Made by a program: the position numbers and the translations under genes. 64,000 nucleotides of DNA from a bacterium. Its GTDB lineage: Bacteria > UBA8248. Under the pieces are notes generated by a model. The model saw only the letters and a list, made by a program, of their open reading frames with translations, was not told the DNA's origin and did not search any database. Numbering within the stretch: position 1 is the stretch's first letter; each line of letters opens with the position of its first letter. The stretch is taken from the NCBI GenBank assembly GCA_965200245.1, contig CBDATS010000008.1, positions 256,001-320,000 of the forward strand, written 5' to 3'. Positions 20,963 through 34,578 of this stretch are shown piece by piece.

Positions 20963-21625
20963 ATGTCCAACATCACTATGCTCGACATCGAGGACCTGAA
21001 AAAGACGAAACTCGCTCCTTTCCTCAACAAGGCGCTAAAACACCGAGCGCCCGACCCTGCCTTTCACGCCATGCAGGGCCACAACGAGGATCTGGCGAAG
21101 TCGATGTATCTCGCCTGGGGAACGGTATTCAACACCGGTGTCATCGACCACAGGCTCAAGGAAATCATCCGCGTTCAGCTATCGCGCCGGGCCTTTTGCA
21201 ACTACTGAGGGAACGTACGCTCTGCTTCGGCGAAGCAGGCAGGTTTGACCGAGGAGATGATTGACGAGGGTATCGATAACTGGCGCGAGAGCGATCTTTT
21301 CACCGAAGCTGAGAAACTGGTCTTGGAATACAGCGAACTCATGGATTCGGAACCCGAGAAAATTGATGAGGCCTTCTATGCGAGGCTGCGTGAATGTTAC
21401 TCGGATGAGGAAATCGTGGAACTCGGCTCTTTCATCGGCTTCAACGTGGGCTACCATACCTTTTTCCGGACGCTCGATTTCTATCCCATGTTCTCCCCCG
21501 ACGGCAGGCTCGTGAGTCAGGAGGAATCGCGCCGCATCTACGGCGATTGCCCCGTCTCGCACTTGAGCGGTCCGCTGGCGCGCGCGATCGAAGAGGGTGA
21601 GGCGCAACAGACCAACGGCAGCTAG
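20963..21625 (+). CDS. AhpD/carboxymuconolactone-decarboxylase-like selenoprotein (C-N-Y-U82), 220 aa
   Basis: ORFs 20963..21208 and 21245..21625 are in frame across TGA 21206-21208, reading LKEIIRVQLSRRAFCNY-U-GNVRS (the AhpD CxxC position). The downstream paralogue is colinear across the TGA. Confidence 0.88.
21222..21238 (+). promoter_or_regulatory. Putative bacterial SECIS element
   Basis: CTGCTTC-GGC-GAAGCAG hairpin with a G-led loop 20 nt after the UGA. Confidence 0.7.
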
Positions 21626-21634
21626 GAGGACGCC

Positions 21635-22240
21635 ATGCCGATCATCGAGCCGCTCGAACCCGAAGGAATTGAAGAGAAGGACTGGAAACGTATTATGGAG
21701 CGCACCACCGAGACGCAGGCACCCGATGCGCTCTTCTCGCGCATCATGGCCCATGCACCCGGCTACGCCGGCCCCCTGCACGACGCCATGCACCGTTCCC
21801 ATGTCATGGGCGGGGTGGATCACAAACTCAAGGAGATGATCCGCATTCAACTCGCCAGGACCGCGCAGGATACCTACTTCTCCAACCTGCGCTCCGAGCA
21901 GGCGAAAAAAGAGGGCCTGACGGAGGAGCGCATCGAAGCTGCCTGCGGGAATTTCGAGAACGACGCACAGTTCACCGACGCCGAGAAATGGGCACTCCGG
22001 TTTTCCTGCTGGATGTATCGCGACGCCGCGAGGCTGGACAGGGAATTCTACGATGAGGGCAAAAAACACTTCACAGAGGCCCAGATCATGGAGATCGGCG
22101 CGATGGTGGCACTTCACTACGGCCTTCAGGTTTTCATGCGCACGCTCAAGGCCTATCCCTTACATGACCCCGAGGGCAACCCCGTATCACAGGAACAATC
22201 TGAGCAGATTTACGGAAAAGACGTGCCTACACCCTCATGA
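21635..22240 (+). CDS. AhpD/CMD-like paralogue lacking the redox motif (DTYF in place of CNYU)
   Basis: DHKLKEMIRIQLARTAQDTYFSNLRS aligns with DHRLKEIIRVQLSRRAFCNYUGNVRS. RBS AGGAGG. Confidence 0.85.
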   Translation: MPIIEPLEPEGIEEKDWKRIMERTTETQAPDALFSRIMAHAPGYAGPLHDAMHRSHVMGGVDHKLKEMIRIQLARTAQDTYFSNLRSEQAKKEGLTEERIEAACGNFENDAQFTDAEKWALRFSCWMYRDAARLDREFYDEGKKHFTEAQIMEIGAMVALHYGLQVFMRTLKAYPLHDPEGNPVSQEQSEQIYGKDVPTPS

Positions 22241-22276
22241 GTTTCGCCGTCGGTTCAGAAGCGTCCGCTTTGCAGG

Positions 22277-22690
22277 AACTTGTTCGGGATGTTCTTTTCC
22301 CGGCTGTGAGGCTATCGACCTGTCGCTCGCGGAGTTGGAGACGCTGGTGCGAAATGACAGGCCGGACTGGAAAGGTGTGCTTGAGTGCGTCAAAGGTGTT
22401 TATTTGATCATGGACACGAAAGCGGGAAACGCTATGTCGGCTCTGCCTGTGACGATCAAGGAGTGCAGTCACGGTGGCGTGAATATATTGAGCGCGCCAA
22501 TGGGGGAAACACCGAACTGAACGCGTGGCCCGACGACCAAGGGGGGATGGATTATTGCCGGGTTCATTTTCGGTTCACGCTGTTGGAGTATTGAACTGGT
22601 CGAACGCCCGAGTATCTTTTCCTTGAACGCGAGGAATCCTGGAAACGGATACTCATGACGCGCGGCAGGCAGGGGTTGAATCTCGGTTGA
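22277..22690 (+). pseudogene. GIY-YIG nuclease-family remnant (5'-truncated, frameshifted)
   Basis: KGVYLIMDT in one frame, GKRYVGSA...SRW..Y..GGN in another, then a stop and EREESWKRILMTR. Confidence 0.75.
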
Positions 22691-22966
22691 TGGGTTGTTT
22701 TTCGCGTTGAGTACAGGGCGGCGTGGTGAAAAAATCCTTGAATTACTTCCTCTCCCCATGTTCTAATGAATTTACAATCATCACAAAAGCGAATGCCCAT
22801 GTTTGGAGGCGCTTACGTCAACTCACCATTCGCCTTGAACTGGCAGGAATATGGCCTCTCTTTGCCTTGCCTGTTTCTCTGGGAGTCGTTGCATGCTGTC
22901 TATATGCGCAATCTTTTCGGGAACAAACGAATTTCAACCGGATTTCACAACAATGGGAATGAGATC

Positions 22967-24373
22967 ATGAAAAACCATCAACAGACTTCTCTTCCATGGT
23001 TTGCTATGTGGGGAGTGTTTCTCGCCTTCGTTGCTCTTGCGTTCACGGCGAGCGGGGCGGAGGCGGCAGTGGCCGTCGAGGGCCGGGTCGCAAATGACAA
23101 ATACATATTCAACACCTTCTTTTTGCTGATCTGTGGCGTGCTCATCATGTGGATGTGCGCGGGCTTCACAATGCTCGAGTCGGGTTCGGTACGCACGAAG
23201 AACGCCTCGGTGATTTGCCTGAAGAACATCGGCCTCTACGCCATCGCGGGGATCATGTTCTACATCATCGGCTATAACCTGATGTTTGTGGACGTTGGCG
23301 GCTGGATAGGCTCCGTCAAACTCTTGTTCCGGCCTTCTGGCGATGAGGTCGCCCTCTTGGCCGGGAATGAAAAGGCGGGCACCGCCATAATCGGGACCGA
23401 CTATGCCAGCATATCCTTCTGGTTTTTTCAGATGACTTTCGTGGCGACTACCGCTTCCATCGTCTCTGGTGCCCTCGCCGAGCGTGTGAAGCTGTGGACA
23501 TTCTTTGTTTTCATTGCAATCCTCACCGGCATCATCTATCCGCTGGTGGGTGCCTGGACGTGGGGCGGGGGCTGGCTCACCAAACTGGGTTTCAGCGATT
23601 TCGCTGGTTCCACTATCGTTCACTCGACCGGAGGATGGGCGGCGCTCGCGGGAGTCATCGTGGTAGGCGCGCGTCGCGGGAAGTTTCGCGAGGATGGGAG
23701 CGTCAAGCCCACGCCGCCCTCGAACGTCCCGCTGGTCACTCTCGGGGCCTTCATCCTTTGGTTTGGCTGGTTCGGGTTCAATGGCGGCTCCATGCTGGTG
23801 CTCAAGGGATCGGTCGATGCGTTGACGATGAGCAACGTGCTGGTCAGCACCAACCTCGCAGCTGCGGCAGGTTGCGTCGCCGTCTTGTTCACCGCAAATT
23901 CCATCTTCGGGCGTGTGGACTTACTCGCGGTGCTGAACGGCGCTATCGGCGGCCTCGTCGCCATCACGGCCGGACCGAACATCGTTGAATACCATTGGGC
24001 AGTCATCATAGGTGCCATTGGCGGCTTGGTGTGCGCGTACGGTTTGAAGATATTGGAGAACCTGAAGATAGATGACGTCGTGGGCGCGATTCCCGCGCAC
24101 CTGTTCGCTGGAATCTGGGGGACACTTGCGGTCTGTATCGCAGCGGGCGGTAGCCTCTCCGCGCAAATAATCGGCATTGTGGCGATTGGCTTGTTCGTGT
24201 TCGTGATCTCCTACGTCGTATGGTTGGTTCTGGACAAGACGATGGGCGTGCGGGTGACGGCTTCCGCGGAGGACCATGGGCAGGATTCGGCAGAACTCGG
24301 CATCGAGGCCTATCCCGAATTCGTGCTCATGCCCGATGAGGACGACGCGCACTTGGCAAAAGGAACTCGATAG
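22967..24373 (+). CDS. amtB: Ammonium transporter
   Basis: Motifs AGF.MLE.G, FFQ..F, DFAGSTIVH, WFGFNGGS and DDVVGAIPAH (twin His). Confidence 0.95.
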   Translation: MKNHQQTSLPWFAMWGVFLAFVALAFTASGAEAAVAVEGRVANDKYIFNTFFLLICGVLIMWMCAGFTMLESGSVRTKNASVICLKNIGLYAIAGIMFYIIGYNLMFVDVGGWIGSVKLLFRPSGDEVALLAGNEKAGTAIIGTDYASISFWFFQMTFVATTASIVSGALAERVKLWTFFVFIAILTGIIYPLVGAWTWGGGWLTKLGFSDFAGSTIVHSTGGWAALAGVIVVGARRGKFREDGSVKPTPPSNVPLVTLGAFILWFGWFGFNGGSMLVLKGSVDALTMSNVLVSTNLAAAAGCVAVLFTANSIFGRVDLLAVLNGAIGGLVAITAGPNIVEYHWAVIIGAIGGLVCAYGLKILENLKIDDVVGAIPAHLFAGIWGTLAVCIAAGGSLSAQIIGIVAIGLFVFVISYVVWLVLDKTMGVRVTASAEDHGQDSAELGIEAYPEFVLMPDEDDAHLAKGTR

Positions 24374-24440
24374 ACCGGGCGAGAAAGCCTTCCGGCAGGA
24401 TTGTTCGGAGGGATTAAAGCCCGGCGTGCGTTTTTTCGCG

Positions 24441-25193
24441 TCACGCCGGCCCGAAATACGCCTTGATGCGTCTGGCCGCCTCCTTAGAGACGCCGCTCAT
24501 CACCTCTGTCACGCGTTTGGGTGAGGTGTCCTCAATTACGCCGTACCATCCCGATTCATACATCTCTCGCACATCTTTCGGGATGTAGTAGACTGCCGGG
24601 TCGCGCCGGGCGGCGTCGCTCTTCGCTCCGTGATCCATGGGGGATGCGTCCGTGGCGAGTTCGAGGTGAGCGAGTTCGGGCCTGTCGGCGAGGACAGGCA
24701 GGACCTCGAGTTCTCCACCGTGGGTGAGGCCCACCTTCTGGCCGTAGAGGTTCTTGGCAATGAAGTGCGCGTGCACGATGAGGATTCGCAAACCCTCGTG
24801 TGCGTTCTGGGCGTCTTCGGCGGCGATCTCCATCGCCGGCAGGTTGCGCTCGTGCCAGTTCAGGAACACGATTTTTCTCGCACCGTGCTGATGGAGGCTG
24901 CCGACGACATCGCGCATCAGGCGGGTCATAGTCTCAGAGCGCAGTGACACCGTTCCACCGAAGCCCATGTGCAGGGGCGTAACACCGAAGGGGCAGAAGT
25001 CCACGAGCAACCCGCCGGTGATAGCCACGACCCGCCTCGCGAACGATTCAGCCGCGTAGTAGTCTGTACCCATCGGCAGGTGGGAGCCGTGTTGCTCCAC
25101 ACTGCCGATGGGAATGATGGCTAGGGCAGTTTCCTCCAATATCTTTTCGGCTTCGGGGTTCGTCATTTCCATCAGTGTGCGCGCTTTTCCCAT
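24441..25193 (-). CDS. Creatininase/creatinine amidohydrolase-family protein
   Basis: GSVEQHGSHLPMGTD, NWHERN (variant of NGHGGN) and HGGELE. Confidence 0.85.
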   Translation of the reverse strand: MGKARTLMEMTNPEAEKILEETALAIIPIGSVEQHGSHLPMGTDYYAAESFARRVVAITGGLLVDFCPFGVTPLHMGFGGTVSLRSETMTRLMRDVVGSLHQHGARKIVFLNWHERNLPAMEIAAEDAQNAHEGLRILIVHAHFIAKNLYGQKVGLTHGGELEVLPVLADRPELAHLELATDASPMDHGAKSDAARRDPAVYYIPKDVREMYESGWYGVIEDTSPKRVTEVMSGVSKEAARRIKAYFGPA

Positions 25194-25197
25194 CGTT

Positions 25198-25572
25198 CTA
25201 TGACTCCTCGTCTTGATCTTGATCCGTCGCGGGAATCGGTCCTTTGATTTCCATGAGTTCTATTACCACGCCGTCGGGCCCCTTGAGGTAGAGGTATTTG
25301 AGATGCGGCATATCGTCCTCTTCAATGATGGGGACGCTGTGTTCGTTGAGCATCGCACGGGCGGCGTCGAGTTCTCCCTTGCCTACGTAGAAGCCGATGT
25401 GGTCGACGCCCCGTACGATGATCATCCCTCCTCCGGCCATGAGTTTGGTCTGGGGCGCGCCTTTGCGCTCGCGCGAGTCGACGACGCGTGCCCCCAGGAT
25501 TTCCTGGTAGAAGCGCACTGCTTCGTCGTGATCCGTATGGAGAATGTGCGTATGTTCGTAGGTGAGTTTCAT
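25198..25572 (-). CDS. VOC/glyoxalase-family protein
   Basis: Motifs H.HI....D...A..FY..ILG, DHIGF and YLKGPDGVVIELME. Confidence 0.85.
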   Translation of the reverse strand: MKLTYEHTHILHTDHDEAVRFYQEILGARVVDSRERKGAPQTKLMAGGGMIIVRGVDHIGFYVGKGELDAARAMLNEHSVPIIEEDDMPHLKYLYLKGPDGVVIELMEIKGPIPATDQDQDEES

Positions 25573-25772
25573 GGCACATCTTTTTTCGGTCGTGCCCGGT
25601 GAAGGTGGCTCGAAAAAATTCCTTTCCCATATATCGCAGAGCGGGACGTTCCATATTCATTCTGGCGCAAAAGGATTCCTTTTTGAAGTGTGCCGCGAAA
25701 TTTCGTCTCTGACGATAAGGAAGGTCTTCCGGTGAGCAAGAAGATGCAAGCCGCTATGACCCCGCGGATACT

Positions 25773-25805
25773 TTGCAAATCGGGACGAATCATTGTATAC
25801 ACAAT
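25773..25805 (+). promoter_or_regulatory. Putative promoter with palindromic operator in a divergent intergenic region
   Basis: TTGCAA-N17-TATACA. The palindrome ATTGT-ATAC-ACAAT (25792-25805) covers the -10 box. Confidence 0.4.
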
Positions 25806-25870
25806 CTCCCTGACCCAACTCGTCTGCCATCGCGGGACGGCTCGACAAAGAGCCGGGCGGAGGAGTCTGG

Positions 25871-26698
25871 ATGATCAACATCCCGCTGGAGGCAATTCCT
25901 GTGGCGCAAGCAGTATGCAACGGAGTCCAGATTTCCTACGATGATAACGGCATGAACACCCCGACACCCCCCATCGTCTTTATACATGGGCACGGCTTGA
26001 ATCGCTCGATGTGGGAGCGCCAGAAACTCGCGCTCCGGGGTACGCACCGTGTCCTCACGTATGACCTGAGAGGACATGGTCGATCGGAGAACCCCCCCAC
26101 GGGCTACAGCCGGGACGAAGAGGTCGCGGACCTCCTCGACTTGCTCGAACACACCCGTATCACCAGAGCCCACCTCGTGGGTCTGAGCCGCGGCGCCGGA
26201 ATCGCGCTCGGCTTCGCCGCGGCGCACCCGGACAAAACGGCGTCGGTCATCGCGATGGGCCCGGGTTACGACTACCCCCGCCTGATGCCCGAGTTTGCTG
26301 ACCAAAGGCTCCAGACCATGGCCACCCTGAGGGCCGAGGGACTGCGAGCGGCCAAGGACTACTGGGCAGATTTGCCCATCTTCGCCTCTGTGCGGGAAAA
26401 CGAGGACGCCGCCGATTGGGCAGAGGACATGCTCCTGACTTACACAGGCGCGCATTGGCTCGACCAGAATCCTCCACAGGACACGTCGCTCGCGAACATC
26501 GCCGCAAAGATCACAGCCCCCACACTCCTCCTGGTGGGCGAGAAGGATTTGCCTGGCTTCCATGAATGTGTGGACGAACTGGCGGCGAAGATTGAAGGCG
26601 CAGAGAAAATGGTGGTCTCTGGTGTGGGACAACTGATGGCGATCGAGGACATCGATACGGTGACGGAGCACATCTCCGCGTTTTTGGCGAAGCAATAA
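25871..26698 (+). CDS. Alpha/beta hydrolase
   Basis: FIHG, YDLRGHG, GLSRGA elbow and GEKD. The usual C-terminal GH reads GQ, so the catalytic His may be absent. Confidence 0.85.
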   Translation: MINIPLEAIPVAQAVCNGVQISYDDNGMNTPTPPIVFIHGHGLNRSMWERQKLALRGTHRVLTYDLRGHGRSENPPTGYSRDEEVADLLDLLEHTRITRAHLVGLSRGAGIALGFAAAHPDKTASVIAMGPGYDYPRLMPEFADQRLQTMATLRAEGLRAAKDYWADLPIFASVRENEDAADWAEDMLLTYTGAHWLDQNPPQDTSLANIAAKITAPTLLLVGEKDLPGFHECVDELAAKIEGAEKMVVSGVGQLMAIEDIDTVTEHISAFLAKQ

Positions 26699-26775
26699 AG
26701 GAAGATTCCGAGTCGCGCGCGTTCAGCGTCTTATGGTTTCTTGTACGGGTCCGCGCGTGAATATCCGAGAACGGG

Positions 26776-28623
26776 ATGCGGCGGAGATCGGTATTGAATC
26801 CCTTTTCCGAAGTCAGAAAAATCGAGGCGGATGTGCTCATCATCGGCGGCGGCGTCGCCGGAATGATGGCGGCGGTGGGCTGCATTCGCTCGGGCGTCCA
26901 GCCTATTCTCATCACGAAGGCCACGTTTCCCTCGGGCAGTTCATCCATGGCGCGCGGCGGCTACACCGCGGCAATGGGCCACTCCGAGCCCACCGACAGG
27001 CCTGAATTCCTTTATGAGGATTCCATCGAGGCGAGTTACGGAATCTGTAACCACCGCCTGATGCGGATCATGAGCGAAGAGGCCATCGACAGGACAATCG
27101 AGCTTGACGCCTGGGGACTGGGCCTCGTGAGGATGGAAAACGGCAACTATCACCAGAAGAAAAGTGCCTCGCATCGATTTCCGCGCCTGCTTCACTGTGG
27201 AAAGCTGATGGGCAAGCCACTCATGCAATCTCTCGCACGGAAGATGCGCGAATGGGGCGTGAAGACGATACAGCATGCTGTCTTCGTGGACCTCATGAAA
27301 GTTGGGGAGCGCGTTGTCGGAGCGTGGGGGTTCATGTACAGAGAGGGGGTACCCATCGTTGTGCACGCACGTTCGACCATCATGGCGACGGGCGGCGCCC
27401 CGCAACTCCATGAGGTGAACGACTCGCCTCCCTATATCTCGGGCGACGGCTATGCCATGGCGCTGCGCGCAGGGGCCGAACTCATCGACATGGAGTTCAT
27501 CGACTATCAGCTACTCGCCGCAGCACCGCTCAATATCCGGGGCTATCCGCCCCACACGAGCGGTTTCATCAACGCGGGCGCCTTTCTCTATAACAACAAC
27601 GGTGAGCGCTTCATGTGGAACTATGACCCCGAGCGCGGCGAGCGTGCTACACGCGCCGTGGTGAACCGGGGCGTGGGCATGGAGATTTTCGAGGGACGCG
27701 GCACGGAGAATCACGGCATCTATCTCGATGCGCGCCACGTAATCGAGGAGGTGAACGACGGCGCCACGGCGGACATCATTCGCGTATTCAAAACCCAGGG
27801 TGTGGACATGGCGGAATCGCCCATTGAGGTGGCGAGCGGTCCGCACACCTATCTGGGTGGTATACGGATAGACGAATGGGGCCGCACGAACCTGCTTGGT
27901 TTCTACGCGGGTGGCGAGGCTGCCGGTGGTGTCCACGGTGCGAACCGAACGGGTGGCGCGGCTTTGGCAGACAGCTACGTCTTCGGGCTTCGCTCGGGCA
28001 TCGGCGCAGCTTGTGAGGGAACGCGTCTTGAAAGGCCCGATCCCGAAAGCGGCGGTTGGCAAGAGGGAATCGAGAAGCTGCGCGAGATCGAGGCGAGGAC
28101 GCACGGATCGGACGACAAGCAACTACGCCTTGAGGTGCAGCAGGTAGGTGTAGAAGGCATCGGGCAGATTCGTGAGGAAGCGAGACTTGAGAAAGCTCTC
28201 TCGCGGCTCGATGAACTAGAGGCCGAGAACGCTTTGGCCGTGGTGGCCGGCGATGCGTACCGCAAGCGCTTTGATTGCATGAGGAGGATTCAGGAGAATC
28301 ACAACCTCATTGGCGTGGCGCGCATGCTTGCCGTGGCGGCCCTCGCGCGAAAGGAAAGCCGGGGCGGGCATTTCCGCATCGACTACCCCGAGATCGACGA
28401 GGCTTGGCGATGTAACCTTGTGCTCTCGCTTGAGGACGGGAAGGTGATGCCAAGACGCCAGGAAGTGGTGGAAGCAAGCGATTCAGCACTCGTGCCCGGG
28501 GAAACGCCCACCACGGCAGCACTCGTGGAACAAGGTGGAATCGGCCAGAAAAATTCCCAGCATTTTCCCCCTGCCATTCTTCCAATGCGGAATGATCAAT
28601 TAAAGCCCAATAATAACAAATAG
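26776..28623 (+). CDS. Fumarate reductase/succinate dehydrogenase/NadB-type flavoprotein (orphan)
   Basis: Motifs IIGGGVAG, ATGG, SGDG..MA..AGA, AGGE.AGGVHGANR and RKESRGGHFR.DYP. Confidence 0.88.
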   Translation: MRRRSVLNPFSEVRKIEADVLIIGGGVAGMMAAVGCIRSGVQPILITKATFPSGSSSMARGGYTAAMGHSEPTDRPEFLYEDSIEASYGICNHRLMRIMSEEAIDRTIELDAWGLGLVRMENGNYHQKKSASHRFPRLLHCGKLMGKPLMQSLARKMREWGVKTIQHAVFVDLMKVGERVVGAWGFMYREGVPIVVHARSTIMATGGAPQLHEVNDSPPYISGDGYAMALRAGAELIDMEFIDYQLLAAAPLNIRGYPPHTSGFINAGAFLYNNNGERFMWNYDPERGERATRAVVNRGVGMEIFEGRGTENHGIYLDARHVIEEVNDGATADIIRVFKTQGVDMAESPIEVASGPHTYLGGIRIDEWGRTNLLGFYAGGEAAGGVHGANRTGGAALADSYVFGLRSGIGAACEGTRLERPDPESGGWQEGIEKLREIEARTHGSDDKQLRLEVQQVGVEGIGQIREEARLEKALSRLDELEAENALAVVAGDAYRKRFDCMRRIQENHNLIGVARMLAVAALARKESRGGHFRIDYPEIDEAWRCNLVLSLEDGKVMPRRQEVVEASDSALVPGETPTTAALVEQGGIGQKNSQHFPPAILPMRNDQLKPNNNK

Positions 28624-28655
28624 ATATGAATGCCGACCGGCGCTTCTAAAAAAGC

Positions 28656-28705
28656 GAAAAAAATCGGGTTTTTTCTTTGACAAACTCATCCCGAACCACT
28701 ATATT
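28656..28705 (+). promoter_or_regulatory. rRNA operon sigma70 promoter with A/T-tract UP element
   Basis: TTGACA (28677)-N17-TATATT (28700), preceded by A7 and T6 tracts. Confidence 0.8.
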
Positions 28706-28890
28706 TCGCCAGCCTGAACGGCCAAGAAGACTACAAGCAATACGCAGAGGTGGCGTCGAGAAGTTCTTGTGCCTCCGACGAATGGGAACAGACATTCCCT
28801 GTGCTTTTTCATGCGTACTCAGGCTTTGTGGGTTGACACGTACTGTCAATCATTGGTAATCTGTGTTTTCCTTCTTGTTTCAGGAAGATA

Positions 28891-28903
28891 TGATCTTTGA
28901 AAA
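28891..28903 (+). promoter_or_regulatory. rrn leader boxA antitermination site
   Basis: TGATCTTTGAAAA. A second copy, TGATCTTTGACAA, lies at 31261 in the spacer before 23S. Confidence 0.75.
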
Positions 28904-29023
28904 AAGAATAGGATATGTGACGGACCTGAACGGGCTCAGTAGTACAATTCCCAATTGAATCCAAAGGGATGGGAATCCTCCGGGAAACCGGTGAGGTGCA
29001 TTTTCCCTTTGGCAACGAAATAT

Positions 29024-30584
<1,561 letters not shown>

Positions 30585-30898
30585 TGCTGAATGATTCGTT
30601 TTCAGAAAGCACGGGAGGGGGGGAGGGCGTTTTCGCTGTCCGGTGGAAACGAATCGCTTTCCTGCCTGAAGATCGTGCGACGCCGCCTTGCACCTATGGG
30701 GCATGGCAGGATGATTGCAAAACGAATCGGCGCTTCAAGGTCGACTGCCCGTCTCGGGCCGTCCATATCCTGTTCTTGAAAATTACGCCACAGCGGGTAT
30801 GCGGATTGTTCCGAATTCGGTCAGTTATGAATTTGGGCTGAATGTCTGGGTGAATCCCGACGCGGAAGCTTGGTTTGAAGTCGCGCGGGCGAGGTCGC

Positions 30899-30975
30899 GG
30901 GCCTATAGCTCAGTTGGTCAGAGCGCGCGCCTGATAAGCGCGAGGTCCCTGGTTCAAATCCAGGTAGGCCCACCA
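30899..30975 (+). tRNA. tRNA-Ile (GAT)
   Basis: GGGCCTATAGCTCAG...CTGATAA...GGTTCAAATCC...CACCA in the ITS. Confidence 0.97.
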
Positions 30976-31113
30976 TACCGGAATTCCGGAATTGACAGAA
31001 ACGAAACGCATGGCATGAAACGCCTGGAAGTGATGGCGTGGATGGACCGTTGAGCGGAGCCGTGCAGGCTCATCGTCGTCGCGGGTCGTTCCCTGAAGCG
31101 AAATCTGAGATAT

Positions 31114-31189
31114 GGGGATGTAGCTCAGTCGGGAGAGCGCCTGGTTTGCAACCAGGAGGTCGGCGGTTCGAGCCCGCTCATCTCCACCA
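31114..31189 (+). tRNA. tRNA-Ala (TGC)
   Basis: GGGGATGTAGCTCAG...TTTGCAA...GGTTCGAGCCC...TCCACCA. Confidence 0.97.
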
Positions 31190-31344
31190 TTTGCATTGGC
31201 GGCTGTGGGTGATGAATTTGAATTCTCTGGCAGTTTCGGGCGGGAGTTTCTTCCGTCTTTTGATCTTTGACAATCGAATCGCATGAATTGGCATGTTCAT
31301 TGAAGGCTCTCAGTAATGGCTGGGAATCTGAAATCTCAAGATTC

Positions 31345-34334
<2,990 letters not shown>

Positions 34335-34416
34335 GATTTGAGATATCACTCATCGGTTCTCGGCCGGAGCCTCATGATGCCAATCGTGTGATTTGATTGT
34401 CAGGAATTTCAAAAAT

Positions 34417-34532
34417 TTCCGGTGGCTATAGCGGCGGGGCCACACCCGTTCCCATCCCGAACACGGCAGTTAAGCCCGCCAGCGCCTATGGTACTGCGGT
34501 CCTTTCCGTGGGAGAGTGGGTCGTCGCCGGAA
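34417..34532 (+). rRNA. rrf: 5S rRNA
   Basis: CCGGTGGCTATAGCG...CCCGTTCCCATCCCGAACACGG...GGGAGAGT...CGCCGGA. Confidence 0.97.
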
Positions 34533-34542
34533 TATGAATCGG

Positions 34543-34578
34543 AAACCCCGCTGGTCATTACAGCCAGCGGGGTTTTTG
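34543..34578 (+). terminator. Rho-independent terminator of the rrn operon
   Basis: AAACCCCGCTGG...CCAGCGGGGTTTTT. Confidence 0.85.

Noticed and set aside
22841-22856. Sigma54 promoter upstream of amtB (TGGCAG-N5-TGGC)
   Set aside because: The GG-N10-GC spacing fits, but the match to TGGCAC-N5-TTGC is weak and no activator site was evident.
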